Shown piece by piece: positions 9,589-18,130 of a stretch of 64,000 nucleotides of DNA. The notes below the pieces were generated by a model. That model was not told the origin of the DNA and searched no databases. It saw only the letters and a list, made by a program, of their open reading frames with translations. The translations under genes and the position numbers were made by a program. The DNA is from an uncultured Gemmatimonadales bacterium (GTDB taxonomy: Bacteria > Gemmatimonadota > Gemmatimonadetes > Gemmatimonadales > Gemmatimonadaceae), in NCBI GenBank assembly GCA_963793305.1, contig CAWBZV010000005.1, forward strand, positions 128,001 to 192,000, written 5' to 3'. Within the stretch, counting starts at the first letter, position 1. Each line of letters begins with the position of its first letter.

Positions 9589-10404
9589 ATGGGCGTGAGC
9601 CGGCCTCCAGATATCTCGCCCTTGTCCCAGTTGCTCCGCCGGATCGACGGCCTGGCCGACGGGGCGCCGCCGGGAGACACTGTCCCCACGGGGTTCGGGA
9701 CCGTGGACAAGATGCTCGGCGGCGGACTCCGGACAGGCGACCTGGTGGTTCTCGGTGGCGATGTTGGCAGCGGCAAGTCAGCGCTGGCACTCGGCATCGC
9801 GATGCGGGCGGCCATGCGCGGTTCCGTCGTGCGGTACTACTCGGGCGAGATGGCGCCTGAACGCGTGTATGAGCGCATGTTGGCCGTCGAGGGACGGGCG
9901 CGTATCGATGACCTGAGACGCGGTGCGTTAGACGACGTCACGCGCGCGGGGGTCGCCGCAGCGACGCTGCGTATGCGCGACGTTGCGCTCATGGTCGACC
10001 GGCTGCCGGTGGAAGTCGGCGGCGCGCTTCGCGCAGTCGAGGGACTCCAGCTCGCCATCATCGACTCGCTGCAAGGGCTCCCTGAGGGTGAGGACGCGGT
10101 ACGCGGGCTCAAAACGATCGCGGTCGATTTGGGGATCGTGATTCTGGTGACAGCGCATTTGCCCGGGCTGGATAAGAACCGGGCAGACCCCCGACCAACG
10201 CTCGACGACTTAGGCTCAAAACACGCTGTGAAGCAACACGCCGACGTTATTCTCGGGTTGTTCCGCGAGGAGATGTACGGCGGCGGTCAGGCGGTCGAAG
10301 GCGCGACCGAGCTCTCGGCGCTCAAGAACCGGGGCGGGCCGACCGGGTACATCGACCTCTATTTCTACAAGCAGTGGCTGCGGTTCGAGGATCTGCTGGA
10401 TTAG
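9589..10404 (+). CDS. DnaB-like helicase, C-terminal ATPase domain only
   Basis: VPTGFxxxDKMLGG, Walker A GGDVGSGKS, SGEM, IIDSLQ, RPTLDDL, QHADVIL, KNRGGPTG; no N-terminal DnaB domain. Confidence 0.85.
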   Translation: MGVSRPPDISPLSQLLRRIDGLADGAPPGDTVPTGFGTVDKMLGGGLRTGDLVVLGGDVGSGKSALALGIAMRAAMRGSVVRYYSGEMAPERVYERMLAVEGRARIDDLRRGALDDVTRAGVAAATLRMRDVALMVDRLPVEVGGALRAVEGLQLAIIDSLQGLPEGEDAVRGLKTIAVDLGIVILVTAHLPGLDKNRADPRPTLDDLGSKHAVKQHADVILGLFREEMYGGGQAVEGATELSALKNRGGPTGYIDLYFYKQWLRFEDLLD

Positions 10405-10413
10405 ATTTGTGGC

Positions 10414-11157
10414 ATGGCGGGCCACAGTAAATGGAAACAAATCAAGCACTACAAGGCCGCGACCGACGCCAAGCGCGGAGCGCACTTCACGAAGCTGATT
10501 CGTGAGATCACGATCGCGGCCAAAGTCGGCGGCGGCGACCCGGCGGGCAACCCGCGTCTACGGACCGCCATCGAGAACGCCAAAGCGGCCTCGATGCCGA
10601 AGGACAACATTGAACGCGCGGTCAAGAAGGGCACTGGGGAGCTCGAGGGCGTCGACTATACCGACGTGATGTACGAGGGCTTCGGGCCCGGCGGCGTGGC
10701 GCTGTTGATCCAGGCGGTCACCGATAACCCGACGAGGACGGTCGCCGAGGTTCGGCACAAGCTCTCCCGTGGCGGCGGCAATCTCGGCGCGACGAACTCG
10801 GTGGCCTGGATGTTCGAGCGCAAAGGTCAGATCAGCATTGACGCCGCGGGCCGCGACGAAGACGCGACGCTGGAAGCGGCGCTCGACGCAGGGGCTGTGG
10901 ATGTCGAGCGCGAGGGTGACCTGTTTGTCGTGACGACGGATCCCGCGTCGCTCGGCACCGTCAAGGGAGCGCTCGAGTCCCATGGCATCCCGACCAAAGA
11001 AGCCGAGCTGGCGTGGGTGCCGAAGAATACCGTGCGCGTGGAGGGCAAGACCGCGGAGTCGCTGCTCAGGCTCCTTGAGGAGCTCGAGGACCTCGACGAT
11101 GTGCAGAGGGTCGAGGCCAACTTCGACATGGACGTGCCGGACCTCGCCGGCGCGTAA
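10414..11157 (+). CDS. yebC: YebC/PmpR family protein
   Basis: MAGHSKW, NPRLR, YEGFGPGG, TDNPTRT, DDVQRV. Confidence 0.95.
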   Translation: MAGHSKWKQIKHYKAATDAKRGAHFTKLIREITIAAKVGGGDPAGNPRLRTAIENAKAASMPKDNIERAVKKGTGELEGVDYTDVMYEGFGPGGVALLIQAVTDNPTRTVAEVRHKLSRGGGNLGATNSVAWMFERKGQISIDAAGRDEDATLEAALDAGAVDVEREGDLFVVTTDPASLGTVKGALESHGIPTKEAELAWVPKNTVRVEGKTAESLLRLLEELEDLDDVQRVEANFDMDVPDLAGA

Positions 11158-11163
11158 GCAGTT

Positions 11164-11634
11164 CTGATCGTCTTGGGGCTCGATCCCGGCACGGCCGTCA
11201 CGGGATACGGCGTGGTGCAAAGCGACGGGCCATCGCTTGTCGAGTGCGGGGTGATCCGCACGAATCCCCGCGACGCGCTGCCCCAGCGCCTCAAAGACAT
11301 TTACGAGGGCATTCGCGAGCTTATCGATCGTCACACCCCCTCGGCGCTCGCGGTCGAGGACGTGTTCTATGCCAAGAACGTTCGAACAACCGTGGTCCTG
11401 GGCCATGCCAGAGGGGTTATCCTACTCGCCGGGGCCCAGGCGGGTATCGCGATCCATGAATACCCCCCGCGTGAGATCAAGAAGGCGGTGACCGGTGTGG
11501 GTGGCGCAACGAAAGAGCAGGTGCAATACATGATGATGCGCATGCTGCGCCTCAAGTCTGTGCCTCGGCCGACGGATGCGTCCGACGGAGTGGCCGCGGC
11601 GCTCACCTATTGCCTGACGACGGTCCGAGCGTGA
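11164..11634 (+). CDS. ruvC: Holliday junction resolvase RuvC
   Basis: LGLDPG..TGYG, AVEDVF, HARGV, IKKAVTG.G.ATKEQV, DASD; start may be CTG 11164 or TTG 11173. Confidence 0.95.
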   Translation: MIVLGLDPGTAVTGYGVVQSDGPSLVECGVIRTNPRDALPQRLKDIYEGIRELIDRHTPSALAVEDVFYAKNVRTTVVLGHARGVILLAGAQAGIAIHEYPPREIKKAVTGVGGATKEQVQYMMMRMLRLKSVPRPTDASDGVAAALTYCLTTVRA

Positions 11635-12215
11635 TCAGCCGCATCCACGGCCGACTCGCGGCCAAAGAGATCGATCATCTCGAGATCATGGTCGCCGGTG
11701 TCGGCTACGAGATCGCGGTGCCGCTCAGCGTCTACGAGAAGCTGCCCGCGGTGGGCGAAGAGGTCGCCCTGTGCACGCATCTCGTCGTCAAAGAGGACGC
11801 GTGGCAGTTGTTCGGCTTCTCGACGCCGCGCGATCGGCGCATCTTTCGAGCCCTGCTCGGCGCGAAAGGCGTCGGGCCGGCGCTGGCGCTGGCGCTGCTC
11901 TCCGCGCTCAATTCTGATCGGCTGGTTCGGGCGATCCGCGAGAAGGATATTGCGACATTGCAGACCGTCCCGCGGGTGGGACGAAAGAAGGCCGAGCAGC
12001 TTGTCCTCGATCTGGCGGACAAGCTCGACGATGTGGCCGGCGAGGAGTCTGTCGGCGTGCCGCTGCGCGGCAACGCGGAAGACGCGATCCGCGGGCTCGT
12101 GTCGCTCGGCTACGCGCGGCCGGATGCGGAGCGGGCGGTGCGCGCGGCGACGGGCGATACGGTTGCGGATATTGTGAGACAGGCGCTCAGAACCCTTGCA
12201 GGGAGTGCGACGTGA
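11631..12215 (+). CDS. ruvA: Holliday junction branch-migration protein RuvA
   Basis: ISRIHG, GVGYEI, VKEDAWQLFGF, KGVGP, VGRKKAEQLVLDL, LVSLGY. Confidence 0.95.
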   Translation: MISRIHGRLAAKEIDHLEIMVAGVGYEIAVPLSVYEKLPAVGEEVALCTHLVVKEDAWQLFGFSTPRDRRIFRALLGAKGVGPALALALLSALNSDRLVRAIREKDIATLQTVPRVGRKKAEQLVLDLADKLDDVAGEESVGVPLRGNAEDAIRGLVSLGYARPDAERAVRAATGDTVADIVRQALRTLAGSAT

Positions 12216-13369
12216 AGAGCTCGCAGCGAGCGGGGACGTTCACCGAGTCGGTGATCCGCGAGATGACGCGGGTCGCGCAAAAGTACGGCGCGATCAATCT
12301 CGCGCAGGGATTCCCCGACTTCCCGATGCCCGCGCCCATGAAGGACGCGGCGTGCGCGGCGATCCATGGCGACATCAACCAGTATGCGATCACCTGGGGC
12401 TCGGCGCCCCTCCGGATCGCGATCGCCGAGAAGTATCGGCGCTGGTACGATATGCCGGTCGATCCGGAGACCGAGATTACCGTCACCTGCGGGGCGACGG
12501 AGGCGATGGCGTCGACGTTCCTGGCCCTCATCGATCCCGGCGACGAGGTTATCGTGTTCGAGCCGTTCTACGAGAACTATGGGCCCGACGCGATCCTCGC
12601 TGGCGCGAAGCCGAAATTCGTGCCGCTCGAGCCGCCGGGATGGAAGCTCGATCTCGATCAGCTACGAGCTGCGTTCTCGCCGAAAACCAAGGCAATTGTC
12701 CTGAACACCCCCCACAATCCCAGCGGACGTGTGTTCACCCGCGATGAGCTCACGGTCATCGCGGCATTATGCCAGGAGCATGACGCGTGGGCGTTCACCG
12801 ACGAGATCTACGAGCACATTATTTACAGCGGGCATCACCATTTGCTCGCTGCGTTCCCTGGCATGCGCGAGCGGACGGTTACCGTCTCCGGGTTATCTAA
12901 GACCTTCAGTTGCACGGGGTGGCGGCTCGGCTACACGATAGCGCCGGCGAAGGCGACAGACGCCATTCGCAAAGTTCACGATTTCTTGACGGTCGGCGCG
13001 CCGGCGCCGCTGCAGGCTGCCGGTGCTGTTGGACTGGCGTTCGATGCCGACTACTTCAATCATCTCGCGCAGGAATATCGCGAGCGGCGGACGATCCTCT
13101 CGGCCGCGCTCCGGGAGGCGGGTTTTATTTTCACCGAGCCCGCGGGTGCGTATTACATCTTGGCTGACTTCTCGGAGCTATCGGGCGACGACGACACAAC
13201 GTTCGCCACATGGCTCGCGCGCGAGGGCGGCGTGGCGACGGTACCTGGGACCAGCTTCTTCCATCACAAGGAATTGGGCCGGAAACTCGTTCGCTTCGCG
13301 TTCTGCAAGAAGCGCGAGACGCTGGAGCGTGCCGCCGAGCGACTCTCGCTCCTGAGACAGCAGGTGTGA
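12212..13369 (+). CDS. Class I/II PLP aminotransferase (YbdL-like)
   Basis: AINLAQGFPDF, NTPHNPSG, DEIYEH, SKTFSCTGWRLG, VRFAFCK. Confidence 0.92.
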   Translation: MKSSQRAGTFTESVIREMTRVAQKYGAINLAQGFPDFPMPAPMKDAACAAIHGDINQYAITWGSAPLRIAIAEKYRRWYDMPVDPETEITVTCGATEAMASTFLALIDPGDEVIVFEPFYENYGPDAILAGAKPKFVPLEPPGWKLDLDQLRAAFSPKTKAIVLNTPHNPSGRVFTRDELTVIAALCQEHDAWAFTDEIYEHIIYSGHHHLLAAFPGMRERTVTVSGLSKTFSCTGWRLGYTIAPAKATDAIRKVHDFLTVGAPAPLQAAGAVGLAFDADYFNHLAQEYRERRTILSAALREAGFIFTEPAGAYYILADFSELSGDDDTTFATWLAREGGVATVPGTSFFHHKELGRKLVRFAFCKKRETLERAAERLSLLRQQV

Positions 13370-14199
13370 GACCGTGGCGCCGCCTCTCGGCTGATCCGCG
13401 TGCGGTCGTAGGCGCGGCGCTCATCGTCGCGATCGTCTGCGCCGCGTTGGCGGCGCCGTTGATCGCGCACCATGATCCGATTGCGCAGGACCTGGGGATC
13501 CGCCTGCAAGCCCCATCGGTCGCGCATTGGCTCGGCACCGACGGCGCAGGCAGAGATGTCTGGGCGCGGCTGATCTACGGCGCCCGTGTTTCCCTGGCTG
13601 TTGGATTCATCTCGCAAGGCATCGCCGTCACGCTCGGCCTGACGTTCGGCTTGCTCGCCGGGTTCTATGGTCGCTGGGTCGACGAGATCGTCATGAGATT
13701 GGCCGATGTGACGCTCGCATTCCCCACACTGCTCCTGCTGATCGCGATGGTCGCCGCGCTCTCCCCCTCACTGGTCGTGGTCTTCGCGACGATCGGGCTG
13801 GTAGGCTGGGCTGGCATGGCGCGCCTCGTCCGCGGACAGGTGCTCGTCGTCCGCGAGCTCGAGTTCGTGCAGGCCATCCGCGCCTTGGGTGCACGCGACC
13901 GTCTCATCATCGTGCGCCACGTGCTCCCGAACGTTGTCGCACCGGTCATCATCGCCGCCACCCTCGGCATCGCGGGCGCGATCATGGCCGAAGCGGCCCT
14001 CTCGTTCCTCGGACTCGGCGTGCAACCGCCGACGCCGTCGTGGGGCTCGATGATCGCCGACGGTCGCGACCTCGCCCAGCTGCGCCATGCACCATGGACA
14101 TCGGTCGCCCCCGGCCTCGCGATCGGTGCGGCCGTGATGGCGTTCAACCTGCTCGGCGACGCGCTTCGGGACGCCTTGGATCCCCGGTTCAGACGCTAA
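13366..14199 (+). CDS. Peptide ABC transporter permease (DppC/OppC)
   Basis: HWLGTDGAGRD, GARVSL, RLVRGQVL, RHVLPN, EAALSFLGLG, NLLGDALRDALDP. Confidence 0.92.
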   Translation: MRPWRRLSADPRAVVGAALIVAIVCAALAAPLIAHHDPIAQDLGIRLQAPSVAHWLGTDGAGRDVWARLIYGARVSLAVGFISQGIAVTLGLTFGLLAGFYGRWVDEIVMRLADVTLAFPTLLLLIAMVAALSPSLVVVFATIGLVGWAGMARLVRGQVLVVRELEFVQAIRALGARDRLIIVRHVLPNVVAPVIIAATLGIAGAIMAEAALSFLGLGVQPPTPSWGSMIADGRDLAQLRHAPWTSVAPGLAIGAAVMAFNLLGDALRDALDPRFRR

Positions 14200-14629
14200 C
14201 GTACTCGCCGTCGGTCCAGGGATTGATAAGGGCGCTCGCTGATGCGGCGAAATCCGACGTATTGCGGGTGACGATCGTCAGGCCATGCACTTCAGCCGTT
14301 GCGGCAATGAAAGCATCCATGACGCCGATCGGCTGTCCTTGTTTCTCTCCATGCGCCACAACGTCACCCCAGGCGTCAGCCACGCGGTGATCGACCGCCA
14401 GAATTCGCCCCTCGAAACGGAGTGGCAACTCCTCTCGCAACCACAGGTCCAGCCGCTTCCGGCGCCGGCCGGGCGCCAGCCGCACAACGCCATGCCGCAG
14501 CTCGGCGAGTGTGACGACGCTCAGGAAAACACGGTCCTCATCGACTTCGGCGAGCCAAGCGACTACGCCAGGGTTCGGACGCGGCTTGACCCATTCCGAC
14601 ACCGCGTTGGTGTCGAGCAGAAAACTCAC
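14189..14629 (-). CDS. vapC: PIN-domain toxin (VapC/FitB-like)
   Basis: FLLDTNAVSE, LSVVTLAEL, DAFIAATA, IVTRNTSDF, INPW. Confidence 0.9.
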   Translation of the reverse strand: MSFLLDTNAVSEWVKPRPNPGVVAWLAEVDEDRVFLSVVTLAELRHGVVRLAPGRRRKRLDLWLREELPLRFEGRILAVDHRVADAWGDVVAHGEKQGQPIGVMDAFIAATAEVHGLTIVTRNTSDFAASASALINPWTDGEYVSV

Positions 14630-14880
14630 AGATCGACTTTGCGAGCCCGATCGCTTCGGCGCTGCACGGTGAGCCCCGAATCGCGGAGCGGCGACCCGGC
14701 GAAGAACTCTGCCAGATTGCCGACCCGCTTGGTCTTGCGCTCCCATTCCTCGGCTGACACCACGACGACCGCCGTACGACCTTGACGCGTGATCGTCTGC
14801 GGTCCTCGTGCGCGAGCCATTTCGATGACTTCGCTCAAGCGCGCTTTGGCTTGCGCGACCGTCCAAGTCGATATAGTCAT
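14626..14880 (-). CDS. Phd/YefM-family antitoxin
   Basis: WTVAQAKARLSEVIE..GPQTITRQG..AVVVVS; overlaps the toxin start by 4 nt. Confidence 0.9.
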   Translation of the reverse strand: MTISTWTVAQAKARLSEVIEMARARGPQTITRQGRTAVVVVSAEEWERKTKRVGNLAEFFAGSPLRDSGLTVQRRSDRARKVDL

Positions 14881-14899
14881 GATAGTCAAGATAGTCAGA
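14873..14899. promoter_or_regulatory. Three tandem 9-bp repeats (ATAGTCAnn) over the antitoxin -10 box and start codon; probable TA operator
   Basis: atagtcatg/atagtcaag/atagtcaga seen directly; TATCTT on the minus strand 7 nt before ATG. Confidence 0.55.
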
Positions 14900-14917
14900 A
14901 TAGGAGCACTCGTCAAC

Positions 14918-16216
14918 TCAGTCGTGGACTTCGACCAGCGTGAGATTTCTCGAGCCCCTCTTGACGATCAGGTATCGGCCGTGCAGGTAATCGCCGGGTG
15001 AGATATCTACCGCTTCGGCGGTGATCTGGCGGTCATTCAGATAGAGGCCGCCCTGCTGCACCAACCGTCGCCCCTCACCCTTGGACTTGACACTCCCCGA
15101 AACGAACGCAAGGTCGATGACGTTTGCGAAATCCGCGCGCGCGATTTCGCGGCTCGGAATCTCACGCTTAAGCAATTGGAGATCTTCAGCGGACAGGTCC
15201 CGAGGATTGCCGCCGAATCCGACGGCCGACACCCGCTCGGCGCTCTCGGCTGCCGCCGCACCGTGCACCAAGGTGGTCACTTCGCGCGCTAGGGTGCGCT
15301 GCGCGGCTCGTCGCTCCGGATGCTCCGTAACCTCGAGTCGGCAGGTATCGATCGTTTCGAGATCGAGAAGGGTGAAGTAGCCGAGGTACCGCGCAACATC
15401 ATTGTCGTCGACGTTGATCCAGAATTGGTAGAACTGATACGGCGAGGTTTTCGCCGGGTCGAGCCACACCGTGCCGGACTCGGTTTTACCGAACTTCGTT
15501 CCCGATGCTGTGGTGATCAACTTCAAGGTCTGGCCATGTACGGCAGTCCCTCTGACGCGGCGTATCAGGTCCACCCCAGCCAGGATGTTGCCCCACTGGT
15601 CACTGCCACCGATTTGCAGATTGACCTTGTGGATGTCATGAAGTTCGAGATAGTCGTACGCCTGGAGCAGCATGTACGAGAATTCGGTGAACGAGAGCCC
15701 TTCGTCGGCCTCCCAGCGAGCGTCGGGTCGCGGGACCCCCATGCGCGAACTGACTGACTCGCGCTGCAGCATCATGTTCACCGAAAAATGCTTGCCGATG
15801 TCGCGCAGGAAATCGATGAGATTCAGATCTCCGAGCCACCCCACATTGTTGACAATCTTGTGGGGATGGTTCGCTAGAAACGGCGCGATCTGCGCCTCGA
15901 TTTTTCGCGCGTTTGCCTCGATAAGTTCACGGTCGGCGAGCGGGCGCTCGGCGCGCTTCCCGCTCGGGTCGCCGATAAGGCCCGTACCGCCGCCAATGAG
16001 CGCAACCGGGTAATTGCCCGACTGCTGGAGGTGGACCAGCCCCATCAGCGGAAGAAGGCTGCCGACGTGAAGGCTGTCGGCGGTTGGGTCGAATCCACAG
16101 TATCCGCGCACGGCCCTTGCTTTCAGCGCCGCGTCTAGGGCAATCGTATCAGTGCCGCCGGCGTGATAGAAGAAGTCGCGCCTACCCAGTTCGTACAGAA
16201 AGTCGATCGCTGTCAC
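14918..16216 (-). CDS. tyrS: Tyrosine--tRNA ligase
   Basis: YCGFDPTADSLHVG, IGDPSG, FTEFSYMLLQAYD, QIGGSDQWGN, KFGKT, C-terminal S4-like domain. Confidence 0.97.
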   Translation of the reverse strand: MTAIDFLYELGRRDFFYHAGGTDTIALDAALKARAVRGYCGFDPTADSLHVGSLLPLMGLVHLQQSGNYPVALIGGGTGLIGDPSGKRAERPLADRELIEANARKIEAQIAPFLANHPHKIVNNVGWLGDLNLIDFLRDIGKHFSVNMMLQRESVSSRMGVPRPDARWEADEGLSFTEFSYMLLQAYDYLELHDIHKVNLQIGGSDQWGNILAGVDLIRRVRGTAVHGQTLKLITTASGTKFGKTESGTVWLDPAKTSPYQFYQFWINVDDNDVARYLGYFTLLDLETIDTCRLEVTEHPERRAAQRTLAREVTTLVHGAAAAESAERVSAVGFGGNPRDLSAEDLQLLKREIPSREIARADFANVIDLAFVSGSVKSKGEGRRLVQQGGLYLNDRQITAEAVDISPGDYLHGRYLIVKRGSRNLTLVEVHD

Positions 16217-16295
16217 CCGGACAAAATAAGTCTGGAAACTCTGATTCGACGAGTGACTGTGTTGCGTCCCCTGAGCCGCCCGGTATTTTGCGAAT

Positions 16296-16598
16296 ATGGC
16301 CGAGGAGACGTACGACGACGGACGACGACGGAACCTCGAGCGACTGTTGCTCACGCTTGCCGCGCGGATCCAGGCGCTTCAGGCCAAAGGGGAGCTCCTG
16401 GCCCACGCTCCCGAGTTGATGAAGTTGATCGGCGACGCCAAAAGTGAGCTCTTTCACTACGAGGTGCGCGCCACGTACGACACGCCCGAGATCGCCGAAA
16501 GCCGGCGGATCGTCTCCGAGGCGCAATCGGCCGGCGAGGCCAAGTGGGAGCCGACCGACTGGACACCCGAAGACGAAGACGGACCCCCATCATGGTAG
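16296..16598 (+). CDS. Hypothetical small acidic/helical protein
   Basis: Clean 100-aa ORF with TATTTT 6 nt upstream; overlaps the dsbA start. Confidence 0.7.
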   Translation: MAEETYDDGRRRNLERLLLTLAARIQALQAKGELLAHAPELMKLIGDAKSELFHYEVRATYDTPEIAESRRIVSEAQSAGEAKWEPTDWTPEDEDGPPSW

Positions 16599-17305
16599 CT
16601 ACGCGCCGCCAACCACCCGCGCGCCGTTCGAACGCTCGCTTTCTCTCCGCGCTGGGCCTGCTCGCCGCGATCGGTGTGATCGCCATCGTCTACGTCATGA
16701 ACCAGCCAAAGGCGCCGCCGATCGCCACGACCGTCGACCCGGCGTCGCTCGGCCCCGCCAAAGGCTACCTGCTCGGCAAGCCCGACGCGCCGGTGCAGAT
16801 CATCGAGTTCGCGGACTTCGAGTGTCCCGCCTGCGGCAACTTCGCGGTCGTCACGGAGCCGGACATCCGGAAGCGCATCATCGAGACCGGTGAGGCGAGC
16901 TATCACTACTACGATTTCCCGCTTCCCATGCACAAGAACACGTGGTTCGCATCGGAAGCCGCCGCCTGCGCGAACGATCAGGGACGGTTCTGGGAGATGC
17001 ACGACCGCCTGTTCCAAGGGCAAGACCAGTGGAACACGCAGGCGACCGGCAACCCGACGTCCGTCTTCGAGGGCTACGCCAAGGACCTCGGTCTCGACGT
17101 CGACAAATGGCGCGCGTGCTACACCTCGCAGGCCCATGTTCGCGACATCCAGGCGAACAAGGCCGAAGGGGAGCGCCGCAAGGTCAGCCAGACGCCGACG
17201 TTCGTGATCGGCGACAAGGAGATCCCCGGCGTGATTCCCTACGATCAGTTCAAGGCCCTCGTCGACTCGGCGGCCGTCCCGGCGAAGCGAGTCGCCACGA
17301 AATAA
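16592..17305 (+). CDS. DsbA/thioredoxin-fold disulfide oxidoreductase
   Basis: N-terminal TM helix, EFADFECPAC, QGRFWEMHD, TPTF cis-Pro loop. Confidence 0.9.
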   Translation: MVATRRQPPARRSNARFLSALGLLAAIGVIAIVYVMNQPKAPPIATTVDPASLGPAKGYLLGKPDAPVQIIEFADFECPACGNFAVVTEPDIRKRIIETGEASYHYYDFPLPMHKNTWFASEAAACANDQGRFWEMHDRLFQGQDQWNTQATGNPTSVFEGYAKDLGLDVDKWRACYTSQAHVRDIQANKAEGERRKVSQTPTFVIGDKEIPGVIPYDQFKALVDSAAVPAKRVATK

Positions 17306-17766
17306 TGACGAAGCGTATGGTCATCGCCGTCCTCGCACTGGGCGGCATTTTCGTTTCGGTCTATCTCACGCTGTACAAGCTCGGGATACATCGGTCAGCT
17401 GAGTTGCTCGATCGGTTCATGCGAGACCGTGCAGATGAGCAAATGGGCGACGTTCCTCGGCCTCCCGGTCGCCGCGTGGGGTGTGCGTCGTACTACGTCG
17501 CGTGCTCGTGACCGCGATCGCGGTACGGTGTCCCGCTTCACGGAGTCTCGCCGACTCTCGTCGCGCTCCTGATCGAGGCGGCGCTGGGGTTCGTGTTCAC
17601 GGCGTATCTCACGTCGCTCGAAGCGTTCGTGATTCACGCCTATTGTATTTATTGCTTGTCGTCCGCGGCGATCGTGACGCTGATCCTCTTCGCCAGCATC
17701 GCGGACTACCGCGAGCTACGCCCGCTTGACACGACCGCGAGCCTCGGACGCGTCGTTCAGCCGTAG
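17305..17766 (+). CDS. Vitamin K epoxide reductase (VKOR) family protein, frameshifted in this sequence
   Basis: VSVYLT..LSCSIGSCETVQMSKWATFLGLPVAAWG and YCIYC across frames; indels near 17385 and 17480-17510. Confidence 0.8.
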
Positions 17767-18129
17767 CCGCGGCTTCGAGTCTTCTTCGATCGGCGGCGCC
17801 CCCGCCTCCCCGCTCGCCGCCGCCGCGGCGCGTTCGAGCTCGCGAGACCGCCGGCGATAGGGGACGAGATCCTGGCCGAGCGCGACCAGCGCGCGCGTGG
17901 CGACCGTGCTGGCCAACGGTTCAGGAACGCCCATGACCCGTATATACGTGTCGATGGCGCGATCGAACGACAGCTCCTCGGCGAGCGTGTCGACGAACAT
18001 GAGCGCGTTGTCGACGTGCGCGCGGATGATGGCTTCCTCGCCGCGTGCCATTGCCAGGCGCATGCGCCGTTCCGCCGCCGCGCTCAGCTTGCGCGGGAAA
18101 ATGGACTCGGGGAAGAGTTTCGTGAACAC
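17716..18129 (-). CDS. Hypothetical protein
   Basis: Protein-like ORF starting immediately after the acs stop codon. Confidence 0.65.
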   Translation of the reverse strand: MFTKLFPESIFPRKLSAAAERRMRLAMARGEEAIIRAHVDNALMFVDTLAEELSFDRAIDTYIRVMGVPEPLASTVATRALVALGQDLVPYRRRSRELERAAAAASGEAGAPPIEEDSKPRLRLNDASEARGRVKRA

Positions 18130-18130
18130 G

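Noticed and set aside
9589..10404. Prophage or plasmid replication helicase
   Set aside because: No integrase, primase or phage genes nearby; the neighbours are housekeeping genes
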